DNA of 64,000 nt from Candidatus Bathyarchaeia archaeon (GCA_038883855.1 JAVZLH010000003.1:1-64000); one strand, 5' to 3'; positions 8,031-17,557 are shown, numbered from the stretch's first letter. Program-made: numbers and translations. Notes: generated by a model from the letters alone, not told the origin.

Positions 8031-8531
8031 ATGGAGGATGCCAAAAAAGAATCGCCAAGAACCGAGGAAGAACAGGAAGAATTAGTTGAAGCCATCGCAG
8101 AAAAAGAACCAGAAATTGAGAAAGCCGTGGTGGGAGAAGAGGGGACGACGGACGAAATTGAGGCGAAAGAGGAAGAAGTGCCGGAGGCCATCGAAGAGGA
8201 AGTTAAACCACCAATACGAGAAGAAAAGGTTAGCGAAGAGGAAATTGTTGAAGAAAGGATCTACACAATCCCCCTTAACAGGGCATGGATAATGCCGCCG
8301 AATAAAAGAGCGCCAAGAGCGATGCGGATAATCAGAAGTTTTATAACGAGGCATATGAAGTTAGGCGCGCGTAAAGAAGAGGGGGAGGAACCTAAGCGGC
8401 TCATCATCAGCAATGAAGTAAACGAAAAAATTTGGAGCAGAGGCATAGAGAAGCCCCCGCGAAAAATTCGAATAAGAGCCGCAAAAGACAAGGAAGGAAA
8501 TGTTACAGTTTATTTGGCTGAAGGAGACTAA
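8031..8531 (+). CDS. rpl31e: 50S ribosomal protein L31e with acidic N-terminal extension
   Basis: ERIYTIPL...KRAPRAM...NEKIWSRGIEKPPRKIRIRA. Confidence 0.95.
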   Translation: MEDAKKESPRTEEEQEELVEAIAEKEPEIEKAVVGEEGTTDEIEAKEEEVPEAIEEEVKPPIREEKVSEEEIVEERIYTIPLNRAWIMPPNKRAPRAMRIIRSFITRHMKLGARKEEGEEPKRLIISNEVNEKIWSRGIEKPPRKIRIRAAKDKEGNVTVYLAEGD

Positions 8532-8534
8532 TCC

Positions 8535-9230
8535 TTGGCCATTTACTTTTCCAGCCTTTTCGGCAGCGCAAGTATAGGCGTTTACGCGCTTGCCACAGAT
8601 AAAATCATCATCATTCCAAAGTTGACACCAATTAAAAAGGCTGAGAGACTTGCTGAATGGATGAAAGTTAAACTAATACACACAATGATTGGCGGCTCAG
8701 TTTTGATCGGCGCCCTCGCATGCGCAAACTCAAACGGTATTGTGCTTCCGCATTTTGTTAACGAAGAGGAACTTGAAGCCATAAAAAGCGTATTCGACGG
8801 AAACATAACAGTCATGGAAACTAAGAAAACAGCCTTCGGAAACATGATTTTAGCAAACGACCGTGGAGCAGTCGTTGACCCACGATTAAAAGATTGGGAA
8901 ATAAGGCTAATTTCTGACACTTTAGGAGTTGAAGTAGTGACTGGTGAAGTTGCCGGCTTACCTTACGTTGGTTCGTTAGCCGTAGCTACAAACAAGGGAG
9001 TTTTAGCCCATCCGCTACTTAAGGAGGAGGAAAAGAAGCTTTTGGAGGATGTGCTGAAGGTTCCAGTTGACGTCGGCACTGTTAACTGTGGAATACCATA
9101 TGTTAAAACGGGATTGATCAGCAACAGTTATGCTGCCATAGCTGGTTCCTTGACAACCGGACCCGAGATGTTTATAATTGGGAATGCATTGGATGTTGTA
9201 AAGGAAGATGAACAAAGTGAAAGTTTTTAG
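8535..9230 (+). CDS. eif6: Translation initiation factor 6
   Basis: GNMILAND.GAVVDP, GTVNCG.PYV..G repeats. Confidence 0.95.
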   Translation: MAIYFSSLFGSASIGVYALATDKIIIIPKLTPIKKAERLAEWMKVKLIHTMIGGSVLIGALACANSNGIVLPHFVNEEELEAIKSVFDGNITVMETKKTAFGNMILANDRGAVVDPRLKDWEIRLISDTLGVEVVTGEVAGLPYVGSLAVATNKGVLAHPLLKEEEKKLLEDVLKVPVDVGTVNCGIPYVKTGLISNSYAAIAGSLTTGPEMFIIGNALDVVKEDEQSESF

Positions 9231-9465
9231 AGTCACAGGCGAAATTCGAAAACCAAACCTGAAAACACCCTTCAAAAAGGAAGTGATGACTGTCAAACCA
9301 GAACACGCCGTGGAAAAAGTCTACTGCGAACTCGGCAGCAAACACCGCGTTAAACGCTTCCACATAAAAATAGCAAGTGTTAAAGAAATCCCACCAGAAG
9401 AAATAAAAAGCCTATTACTGAAAAAACTTGCTGCTGGAGAAGGAGAACTTGGCAAGCAAAAGTGA
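9208..9465 (+). CDS. rpl18a: 50S ribosomal protein L18a/LX
   Basis: AVEKVY.ELGSKHRVKR..IKI. Confidence 0.93.
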   Translation: MNKVKVFRVTGEIRKPNLKTPFKKEVMTVKPEHAVEKVYCELGSKHRVKRFHIKIASVKEIPPEEIKSLLLKKLAAGEGELGKQK

Positions 9466-9898
9466 AGAAGAGGAACTACGTAGATTAAGCGTTGAATTAC
9501 GTTTTCTTGAGCAGACTGCCGAAGCGATACAAGCTAGGATAAATATGGTAAACGCCGCCATAACTGACCTAACCTACGCAAGTATGACGCTGGAAGGATT
9601 AGAAAAGGAAAAGGAAAACTCGGAGCTCCTAGTTCCCATAGGAGGGGGCTCCTACATAAAAGCGAAACTTGAAAGCCCAGACAAAATCATCGTTGGAATG
9701 GGCGCTGGAATATCCGTTGAAAAAACACTGCAAGAAGCAAAAGAACTCATCAAAAACCGACTAGAAAGCTTGGAGAAGACGAGGATGTCCCTTCAGCAGC
9801 AACTCGCCCAAATTGCAGAAAGAATGAGCGAAGGAAAAGAAAAATTTGACAACCTGCTAGCCAAATTCAGAGAGGAGACAACGCCAAGAAATGTTTGA
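9449..9898 (+). CDS. pfdA: Prefoldin alpha subunit
   Basis: ELLVPIGGGSYIKAKL...IIVGMGAGISVEKT. TTG start after the GGAGA SD. Confidence 0.95.
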   Translation: MASKSEEEELRRLSVELRFLEQTAEAIQARINMVNAAITDLTYASMTLEGLEKEKENSELLVPIGGGSYIKAKLESPDKIIVGMGAGISVEKTLQEAKELIKNRLESLEKTRMSLQQQLAQIAERMSEGKEKFDNLLAKFREETTPRNV

Positions 9899-10796
9899 GA
9901 GGCTGAAGTCAGGCCTCAAAGGGCTTGTAAACAAGGTTACAACAACAGAGCTTAAGGCTGAAAACCTCCGCCCAGTGCTTTCAGAGTTCAAAATAAGCCT
10001 CGTAGAAAACGATGTCGCCTTTCCCGTGTCTGAAAAGATATGTGATGAAATGGGAAAACTGTTAGATGGGCTTCAGGTTAAAAGGCTTGAAGACCGCAGA
10101 AAAATTGTGGAGGAAAAACTCAGAGAAGTGCTATTAGAGATTATGCGCACAAACAACAGAATAAACCTATTAGAGGCTGTTGAAGAAAAACGCAAAAAAG
10201 GCGAACCTTTTGTCATAGTTTTTGTCGGAATAAACGGCACAGGAAAAACCACAACCATAGCGAAAGTAGCGCGCTTCCTCAGTAATAAAGGCTATTCGGT
10301 TGTTCTTGCCTGTAGCGACACCTACCGCGCGGGCTCAATAGAACAGTTAGAGGAGCATGCAAAACGCTTAAGTATACGCATGATAAAACACAAGTATGGC
10401 TCTGACCCCGCCGCCGTAGCCTATGACACAATAAACCATGCGAAAGCTCATGGGATAAACGTCGTTTTAATCGATACAGCCGGTAGAATGCAGACAAACA
10501 AGAACTTGATGAACGAGCTTGCAAAGATTAAGCGCGTCATAAACCCAGACTTAACAATATTGACGGTGGATTCGCTCACCGGAAACGACGCAGTAATGCA
10601 AGCTGAGGAATTCCACAAAAGCGTTGGAGTAGACGCAACAATATTGACTAAGGTGGATGCGGACATTAAAGGCGGCTCAGCCCTAAGCGTAACCTACGTA
10701 ACAAAAAAGCCCATACTATTCATAGGAACTGGACAAAAATACGATGACCTAGAGGAGTTCAACCCAGAAAAATTCGTACAAATGATTCTAAAATAG
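9891..10796 (+). CDS. ftsY: Signal recognition particle receptor FtsY
   Basis: GINGTGKTTT, DTYRAGS, DTAGR, TKVD GTPase motifs. Confidence 0.97.
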   Translation: MFERLKSGLKGLVNKVTTTELKAENLRPVLSEFKISLVENDVAFPVSEKICDEMGKLLDGLQVKRLEDRRKIVEEKLREVLLEIMRTNNRINLLEAVEEKRKKGEPFVIVFVGINGTGKTTTIAKVARFLSNKGYSVVLACSDTYRAGSIEQLEEHAKRLSIRMIKHKYGSDPAAVAYDTINHAKAHGINVVLIDTAGRMQTNKNLMNELAKIKRVINPDLTILTVDSLTGNDAVMQAEEFHKSVGVDATILTKVDADIKGGSALSVTYVTKKPILFIGTGQKYDDLEEFNPEKFVQMILK

Positions 10797-10851
10797 CCAG
10801 GATGAGATCAGCTTTCTTTTTCCATAAATTCCTTAAACTTGTTTTTGCATT

Positions 10852-11775
10852 TTAGCATTTTCCCAACAGTTTCAACAGTATTGCTTTTGCAGAATACAGC
10901 CTATTCTCGCTTTGCTCATAAATAACCGAGTTTGGATCCTCGATGACATCCTCAGCTATTTCGTATCCTCTGTGGATTGGCATGTCATGCATTATGTAAG
11001 CGTTGCTTCCTTTCAGCAGCTCCTTATTTATTTGGTAGGGCATCATCAGTTTAACACGCTTTTCTTTTTCGGCGGCAAACTTTGGGTCTGTGAAAAATTC
11101 CATGTCAACCCAAGTGTCCGTGTAAACGAAGTCCGCGTCTTTCACCGCTTCCTTGACATCTAAAGTTGTTTCCCAAAGCCCAGTTTTCCTTGCGTTTTCC
11201 AAAAGCTCGTCATCTCTGCATGGTTCATGAAAAATTGGCGTCACTGTGATAATTTTCACTCCAGTTTTTGTGCACCCTTCAATCAGCGAGTTGCAGATGT
11301 TGTTGTGAACGCCTATGTAGACAAGCTTTAAGCCCTTTAGTTTTCCTCTCTTTTCCTTCATTGTCATCAAGTCTCCTATGGCTTGGCTGGGATGATATTT
11401 TTCATCGCATCCATTAATTACTGGAACGCGGGAAGCCCTAACCATAACCTGCAAATCCGCATTTCGCAGAAGCCTAGCCATTATACAGTCAACATTACGT
11501 GACAAGTATTGCGTTTCGTCATAAACATCTGCAATCGTGAAGTTCGTAGTTCTCCAATCAATGTAAAGCGCATGTCCACCAAGCTGGGTCATGGCAACTT
11601 CAAAAGAAACTCTGGTTCTGGTAGAGGTTTTCTGAAAAATCATTGCAAGAGACTTTCCATCCAAGGCATTACAATACTTTTCCGGGTTACGCTTGACGTC
11701 AATGGCTTTATCAACTATTTCCATAAGCTGGCTACCGGATAACTCTTTAAAGTTGATTAAATGCATTTTAACCAC
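10852..11775 (-). CDS. argF: Ornithine carbamoyltransferase
   Basis: STRTRVSFE, HPSQ, YTDTWVDM, HDMP motifs. Confidence 0.88.
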   Translation of the reverse strand: MVKMHLINFKELSGSQLMEIVDKAIDVKRNPEKYCNALDGKSLAMIFQKTSTRTRVSFEVAMTQLGGHALYIDWRTTNFTIADVYDETQYLSRNVDCIMARLLRNADLQVMVRASRVPVINGCDEKYHPSQAIGDLMTMKEKRGKLKGLKLVYIGVHNNICNSLIEGCTKTGVKIITVTPIFHEPCRDDELLENARKTGLWETTLDVKEAVKDADFVYTDTWVDMEFFTDPKFAAEKEKRVKLMMPYQINKELLKGSNAYIMHDMPIHRGYEIAEDVIEDPNSVIYEQSENRLYSAKAILLKLLGKC

Positions 11776-11825
11776 GTTCTAGCTTGAGAGCCTCAACCAT
11801 TATAAGTTTTATGAAAAGCATAATT

Positions 11826-12347
11826 TTAAAGCTGATTCTCGCGGTCTTTTACCATAAAGCGTAGTCTTTTGAATATTTCTTTAAAACCCAGTGATTTAAA
11901 CAGCTTTAGTGACCGTATGTTGTCAGAGTAAACATCGGCCTCAACGCATTCCACGCCGTTGCTGATAAACCATTCAAGGATTTGGTTGACAAGCATTCTT
12001 CCAATACCCTTACCTCTGTAGGATTTTTCAACAAAACAATCGCAAATGTAACCGCGTTTACCCTTGTAAGCCCAAGGCTGGCTTATCCAACCCAAAGAAT
12101 AACCCACAATCCTTCCATCCAATTCTGCCACGAAAACTGCAGCATTTCCTCCTTTGATATTCTTTAGAATCCACTCTGGATTTTGAAACCCGCTTGGAGA
12201 AGCCGATATCATAGAGTCTCTGACACTTTCATCTCTGCCAAGCTCCATAGCTAATCTAACAACTTCTTGCAGATCTTCTTCCTTTGCCCGGCGAATGCGC
12301 ACTTTAGTTTGAATTAACTCTGTTATGCTCTCTTTATTCGTTACCAT
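11826..12347 (-). CDS. GNAT family N-acetyltransferase
   Basis: FVEKSYRGKGIGRML acetyl-CoA motif; N..S..LF.SLGF. Confidence 0.9.
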   Translation of the reverse strand: MVTNKESITELIQTKVRIRRAKEEDLQEVVRLAMELGRDESVRDSMISASPSGFQNPEWILKNIKGGNAAVFVAELDGRIVGYSLGWISQPWAYKGKRGYICDCFVEKSYRGKGIGRMLVNQILEWFISNGVECVEADVYSDNIRSLKLFKSLGFKEIFKRLRFMVKDRENQL

Positions 12348-12372
12348 AAAAACTACCCCTTAACATTACTGG

Positions 12373-13437
12373 TTATGAACACCTTTTGGCGAATCTCTTC
12401 CGAATTGACGGATACAAAGATGGATGTGTTAAATCTTCTTCTGGGTCAACAGGTTTCACCCTCACATACTCGTCGGGTTTTACCAGGAGTTTAGGTTTCC
12501 CCAACACTTCGAACCTGAAAAGCGAAGATTTATACCAGTTTATTCCGGGGTTTTTATCAACTACAAAACCTATATCGTAAACGAATTTTTCATAGTTTAC
12601 GTTGCCATAATCCATTGGATAAGCCGAAAACCCTTGAACAATGTCTGTGATTACACAATTCATCTTCATCAAAAGCTTCTGAACAGCCAACCATTTTTTG
12701 TAAGAAGCTTCAAGAACCGTCAGTCCAAAATATCCAACTCCATTTTCTTTTAAGCAACTTATACCCCTGCAAATAAACGCCTTCAACCCTGTTAGCGTTT
12801 CAAGTGGTTCCGAAGAAAAAACGTCAAATTTTCCGATAACGTCGGTTGGTAACGGATGTGCAACATCATACTCTTTGAACTCTATTGTGAAGCCATATTC
12901 ACTATTAACTTCCTTTAGGAAATCACCTAATCTTTTATCAATGTCTAAAACCACGATTCGTGTTGGAAGTTTTGTTAAGGATAGGGCTATGCTTAATAAG
13001 TCGTCATCACCCATCAAGATAATTTCCTTTCCATCTAAATCATTGTAATTATGCATCAACGCAACCCTTGATATTACATCCCGCTCCTGCATATAACCTT
13101 GGAAAAAATCGATTGTCGGCGGTGGTCGTTTCTCTGTTATACGTTTAAATTCTGTTAGGATTTCCTTAAACTTTCCTTCGAAAATCACCCTTTTTCCAGA
13201 GCATTCCGGACATATTTTGCTTTTAAATTTTAAACTTTCTGGGTTAACCTCTTTTTTGCCCTTTTCAGTGAGATAGAACCCCTCCATGTCCGAGGCAACT
13301 AATCCATTTTCTAAAAGGTTTTTTAAAGAAACAATGAAATCTTTCAATGGAGCATTAAAGTTTTCCAGAAGTTCCCATATTGTTTTCTTTGATGGGGCAA
13401 GCATATGTAGTATTCTAGTTTCCGCTTTTTCCCTCAA
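12373..13437 (-). CDS. bpsA: Branched-chain polyamine synthase (N4-bis(aminopropyl)spermidine synthase)
   Basis: FFQGYM...RVALM...DL.GKEIILMGDDDLLSIA, SEPLET, GYFGLT..EAS..KW. N-terminal wHTH and CPEC.G. TTG start after GGAGG. Confidence 0.88.
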   Translation of the reverse strand: MREKAETRILHMLAPSKKTIWELLENFNAPLKDFIVSLKNLLENGLVASDMEGFYLTEKGKKEVNPESLKFKSKICPECSGKRVIFEGKFKEILTEFKRITEKRPPPTIDFFQGYMQERDVISRVALMHNYNDLDGKEIILMGDDDLLSIALSLTKLPTRIVVLDIDKRLGDFLKEVNSEYGFTIEFKEYDVAHPLPTDVIGKFDVFSSEPLETLTGLKAFICRGISCLKENGVGYFGLTVLEASYKKWLAVQKLLMKMNCVITDIVQGFSAYPMDYGNVNYEKFVYDIGFVVDKNPGINWYKSSLFRFEVLGKPKLLVKPDEYVRVKPVDPEEDLTHPSLYPSIRKRFAKRCS

Positions 13438-13771
13438 GAATTTCCCTCCTAATAACCTTCTTTTTAACAGTCTTAGGTTGAAGCTCCTCAACCAGCAACT
13501 TGAAAGCTTTGAATGCAGGACCATCTTCCCCGCAGGTGAAAATGTCCAATGCCACATAAGAGTATTCGGGCCACGTGTGAATACTTAGATGTGATTCACT
13601 CAAAAGGTAAACGGCGGAAACTCCATACGGCTCAAATTGATGAAAACTAGAGGAAACCACATGTAAATTAGATTTAGCAACTACCCTATCTAAAATCTCC
13701 CGTAAATTTTCCGCTTTGGCAATCTTTTCCGGGCTTACGCCCAGGAACTCGGCGATAATGTGAATGCCCAT
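13415..13771 (-). CDS. speD: S-adenosylmethionine decarboxylase proenzyme (SpeD/SpeH family)
   Basis: HQFEPYGVS...LSESHLSIHTWPE...DIFTCG; directly upstream of bpsA. Confidence 0.92.
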   Translation of the reverse strand: MGIHIIAEFLGVSPEKIAKAENLREILDRVVAKSNLHVVSSSFHQFEPYGVSAVYLLSESHLSIHTWPEYSYVALDIFTCGEDGPAFKAFKLLVEELQPKTVKKKVIRREILEGKSGN

Positions 13772-13953
13772 ATCGAACACCCAACATTATCGTCGAAATC
13801 CCTAGGCTTGCACGCGAGTTGACGAGCATTTTACACATATATTTTCTATCCTCTATCTCTACGAGATTTCGCGAAAACTTTGTTTTATAAATTTTTTGGT
13901 TGCATTAGAAAGGTTTTTACTTCAACTGGTGTTCTTTTCAAGGGGAAGCGCAA

Positions 13954-14778
13954 ATGATTCTGATAGTTGCCTCTAATAAAGACAATGCTGGTCTAAACAT
14001 CTCGAAACAAATTTTATGCGACTTCAATTTCAAGAAAGCGTCAGAGAATTTTCAAGGAAACAAGGTATATGAAGCGGAAGTTGATGGCGTCGACATCAAA
14101 CTTGTGACGTTGAACAAGGAACCTGTTTTCGCACAAGACCTAACTAGTTTCTTCAAAGAAATTGAACTTGTAATTTTCGTTTCAAGACATAGTAGTCTAA
14201 GCGGCACTCCAACATTGTCGGTGCATACACCAGGCAATTTAGGCGCAGCAGAGCTTGGCGGGCTCCCAAAGAGCGTTTCAGTCTCGCCCGCAACAGCCAT
14301 GAGAGAATGCTTAAAGGCGATGGCGCGACTCAAAAACGAGATGCACCTTGAATACGAAGTCTCATATGAATGCACCCATCACGGTCCATCGTTAAATGTG
14401 CCTGCAATGTTCGCTGAGCTGGGGAGTTCGCCTAAACAGTGGAGTGACCAAAAAGCAGCTGAAGCTGTGGCGCTTGCAACAATGGAAGCGATATCCAATT
14501 TTGGAAAAATAGAGGCGGGGGCAGTGTTAGGTGTAGGAGGGCCTCATTATAACATGAAATTTACGAAGATGGCGTTGGAAAGTGACGTAGCATTCGGTCA
14601 CATAATCCCGAAATATGCAGTTCCCTACATTGACGAAGAAATTGTTAGGCAATGCGTCAAGAAAACATTGGAAAAGGTTGAATATGCAGTTCTTGATTGG
14701 AAAGGAATAAAAGGCGAACATAAAACAGGGCTTATCAAAATGCTTGAAAATTTGGGCTTGGCTATACGAAAGGTGTAA
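13954..14778 (+). CDS. dtdA: D-aminoacyl-tRNA deacylase (DTD2)
   Basis: SRHSS, LSVHTPGN, ECTHHGPS, FAELGS, GGPHY. Confidence 0.95.
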   Translation: MILIVASNKDNAGLNISKQILCDFNFKKASENFQGNKVYEAEVDGVDIKLVTLNKEPVFAQDLTSFFKEIELVIFVSRHSSLSGTPTLSVHTPGNLGAAELGGLPKSVSVSPATAMRECLKAMARLKNEMHLEYEVSYECTHHGPSLNVPAMFAELGSSPKQWSDQKAAEAVALATMEAISNFGKIEAGAVLGVGGPHYNMKFTKMALESDVAFGHIIPKYAVPYIDEEIVRQCVKKTLEKVEYAVLDWKGIKGEHKTGLIKMLENLGLAIRKV

Positions 14779-14847
14779 AGGATATAATTAGACAAAAGGG
14801 CTTCAGCAACGCTTATATGACGTTGAATGTTATTTTTGTGTTGAACC

Positions 14848-15009
14848 ATGGGCTTAAGGTCATTTCTATCTCAATGTGCAAGAACACTAAAACTCGCTGT
14901 AAAACCAGGAAGAAGCGAGCTTTGGCTATCGATTAAAATCTGCTTCTTAGGAATAGGAGCAGTAGGACTAATAGGATTTATTATAAAATTATTGTCCATA
15001 GTTCTGTAA
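14848..15009 (+). CDS. secE: Protein translocase SecE/Sec61-gamma
   Basis: Own translation MGLRSFLSQCARTLKLAVKPGRSELWLSIKICFLGIGAVGLIGFIIKLL (53 aa). Confidence 0.9.
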   Translation: MGLRSFLSQCARTLKLAVKPGRSELWLSIKICFLGIGAVGLIGFIIKLLSIVL

Positions 15010-15041
15010 CCATCACACCATGTAGGATAAAGAAGAGGAAG

Positions 15042-15551
15042 TCATCCTTTGCCATAATATCTATCTAAAAATTTTCCGTAAATGTCAACTGGTTCATCAA
15101 CTGGACTGGCTAAAAGATAGCAGATTAGTTCACAGCTTCCGCAAGTTAAAGTTGCAAGCCTCTCAGCTGGGCGGGTTGTTAACCTAACTTGTTTTTGCGT
15201 TTCACAGGAACAGTTAATTGGAGCATCTTCCAGAGGCAGTTGAAGAAGGGTTTTTCCATGACATTTACCGCATTCGGCAAATATTACGTGTTCTGAAAAG
15301 GGGCGAACCCGCAATATCGTCTGGTTATAGTTTGGACAACTTTCGTTTTGACATTCAAAGGTCATTTCTTTGTTTCCAACAAACTCTTTTACTATTTCCT
15401 TTCCACACTCGCTGCACCTTGCAATTATTAGCGGCTTCTGTGACGTAATGTTAACACCAATGGTGCTTGTCTTCCCACATTCTGGACAGTCAAACGACTT
15501 TGGTAGACGTTTTTTAGGCATGCGAACTACTTTTCTTCTTCTCCTTCCCAA
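15042..15551 (-). CDS. elf1: Transcription elongation factor Elf1-like protein, enlarged
   Basis: N-terminus GRRRRK...KKRLPKSFDCPECG and C-terminus TCGSC...EPVDIYGKFLDRY match Elf1, with an extra Cys-rich middle segment. Confidence 0.8.
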   Translation of the reverse strand: MGRRRRKVVRMPKKRLPKSFDCPECGKTSTIGVNITSQKPLIIARCSECGKEIVKEFVGNKEMTFECQNESCPNYNQTILRVRPFSEHVIFAECGKCHGKTLLQLPLEDAPINCSCETQKQVRLTTRPAERLATLTCGSCELICYLLASPVDEPVDIYGKFLDRYYGKG

Positions 15552-15673
15552 CTTCCATCCAACCACTAAACGTTTCCCGTTAAGGCGAAACGCAAATAAT
15601 TCAGTTTCAACCCTTTTAATTTAAGTTCTTTGAAATTTAATAACCTTTCTTTACTTTAAGAATAGGAATAAAG

Positions 15674-16198
15674 TTACACCTTATCGCTTTTTGTCAAGTC
15701 TTGAAGCCTTTTGGTGCCGTCAATCTCTTTTATAAAAGCAGCCACACTTTTGGGAACAAGTTCCTCCCAGTTTCCCCCGATCAACATCCTCTCCCTAATT
15801 TCTGTTGCGGAATAAACGTCCCTTCTGTGGAAGCGTATGGGTTTGACCGTGTAACCAGCCTCTATAAAAAGCCTCCGTGTCAAAGGCTCATTAGAGTAAA
15901 CAACATCAAAACGTGGAGTATAACCCTCAACAGCGGAAACCCACATCATGTGCAGATGCACGTCTGGCACCGGCACTATCCATATTCGCGAATTATCTAT
16001 TTTAGCCTCTTCTAAAGCCCTGCGAACCATGACAAGTCTTTCACCTGCTGTAAAAGGATTATCTATACGATGGCTGTACTGGGCGCTCCCTATAAGTATC
16101 ACAAGTTCATCAACCTCCTTCAAAATATCTTCCACCGCGCCCAAATGCCCCAAATGGAAGGGCTGGAATCTACCGACAAAAAGTCCGCGTTTAACCAT
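15674..16198 (-). CDS. nadM: Nicotinamide-nucleotide adenylyltransferase
   Basis: GRFQPFHLGH, NPFTAGER, SATEIR. Confidence 0.95.
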   Translation of the reverse strand: MVKRGLFVGRFQPFHLGHLGAVEDILKEVDELVILIGSAQYSHRIDNPFTAGERLVMVRRALEEAKIDNSRIWIVPVPDVHLHMMWVSAVEGYTPRFDVVYSNEPLTRRLFIEAGYTVKPIRFHRRDVYSATEIRERMLIGGNWEELVPKSVAAFIKEIDGTKRLQDLTKSDKV

Positions 16199-16202
16199 GA
16201 TA

Positions 16203-16844
16203 TCACCACTTTTTTGAGTGTAATTCTAAACGGCTTTTAATATTTACTCCTCGACCAAATTTTTCAAACTTATTCAGCACGAACTCGACGGGAAACAACC
16301 GCAATTTTCCACCGCACACAGAAGCCTCGGCTTCAACAGAATAACCTCGCTTTTCACGCTTCAAAATTGCCAGTTTTACATCCAAGCCACCGCCATATCC
16401 GCCTAAAGTAAAATTCCAGGAGACTATTCTGTGACATGGAACTATCAGTGGGAACGGGTTAAAAGCCATAATGCGACCAACAGCCCTCGGGCTTCCCCCG
16501 GCAACCCTTGCCACAGAACCATAAGAGGTTACATACCCTAAAGGCACAGCAGAAACAACTGCAATAACTTTTCTTGCATAACTTGATAGGTGTCGGGTGC
16601 ATACCGGCAAAATTTCATTGAAGCTTTTTCCATCGTAAACATCCTTTAAGACATGCAGCACACGCTCAGCGAGAGCCGAAGTTTCTTTAAACTGTTGAAA
16701 TGGCATGCCACAAGGGATGGCGTTCAACAAACTACTGAGAACTTCTTCTTGGCTGAAGGCGAAGGACGCTGCAAAAACTTCTTTGTCATTACAAGCAACT
16801 CCAAACCAAACTCCATCGACATTTTTTACATAAAGACCGATCAT
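16203..16844 (-). CDS. ogt: Methylated-DNA--protein-cysteine methyltransferase
   Basis: PRAVG...NPFPLIVPCHRIV...GGYGGG. Confidence 0.93.
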   Translation of the reverse strand: MIGLYVKNVDGVWFGVACNDKEVFAASFAFSQEEVLSSLLNAIPCGMPFQQFKETSALAERVLHVLKDVYDGKSFNEILPVCTRHLSSYARKVIAVVSAVPLGYVTSYGSVARVAGGSPRAVGRIMAFNPFPLIVPCHRIVSWNFTLGGYGGGLDVKLAILKREKRGYSVEAEASVCGGKLRLFPVEFVLNKFEKFGRGVNIKSRLELHSKKW

Positions 16845-16936
16845 TTCAGGTCACTTTCAACACTTTGGGATTTATAAACCGTTATGATTAAGTTTAATAA
16901 GTTGCTTGTATATTATCACGGAAAAGGTGATGAGAA

Positions 16937-17557
16937 GTGGAAAAGCAAACACAGCAAGCGGGTTACATGTGGGTTCCAGGCGCGACCACAGTCGGTGTGG
17001 TGTGCACAGACGGTGTTATTTTAGCTTCTGAAAAAAGAGTTTCATACGGATATTTGGTGGTCAGTAAAGGTGGCAAAAAAGTTTTCAGAATAACAGATCG
17101 CATAGGCGCAGCATGCGCTGGCCTCGTTTCTGACATGCAGATTCTCGTTAGGGAAGTTGAAGCCTACGCGAACCTGTTCACTTTAGATGTTGGAAGAAAC
17201 ATTTCCGTAAGGTCTGCAGCCAAACTCATGTCCAACCTTCTTTTCAGCCGCAGACTGGCGCCGTTAATAACTCAGACAATCGTAGGTGGAATAGACGAAG
17301 AAGGGCCATCCCTCTACGTGCTTGACGTTTTGGGTTCGGTTATACCTGACAAGTATGCGGTTGTAGGTTCTGGAACGGAAATTGCTATGGGTGTGCTGGA
17401 AGAAGGATACAATGAAAAATTGACTGTTAAAGAAGCGAAGGATCTGGTTATTAGAGCCATAAAATCTGCAATCAGCAGGGACATAATGAGCGGCGACGGC
17501 ATAGATTTCCTAATCATAACAAAAAAGGGAATAGCGGAAGAGTCTATGAAATTCTAA
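16937..17557 (+). CDS. psmB: Proteasome beta subunit
   Basis: GATTVGVVC.DGVILASEKR, GSG, RDIMSGDG. Confidence 0.93.
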   Translation: MEKQTQQAGYMWVPGATTVGVVCTDGVILASEKRVSYGYLVVSKGGKKVFRITDRIGAACAGLVSDMQILVREVEAYANLFTLDVGRNISVRSAAKLMSNLLFSRRLAPLITQTIVGGIDEEGPSLYVLDVLGSVIPDKYAVVGSGTEIAMGVLEEGYNEKLTVKEAKDLVIRAIKSAISRDIMSGDGIDFLIITKKGIAEESMKF

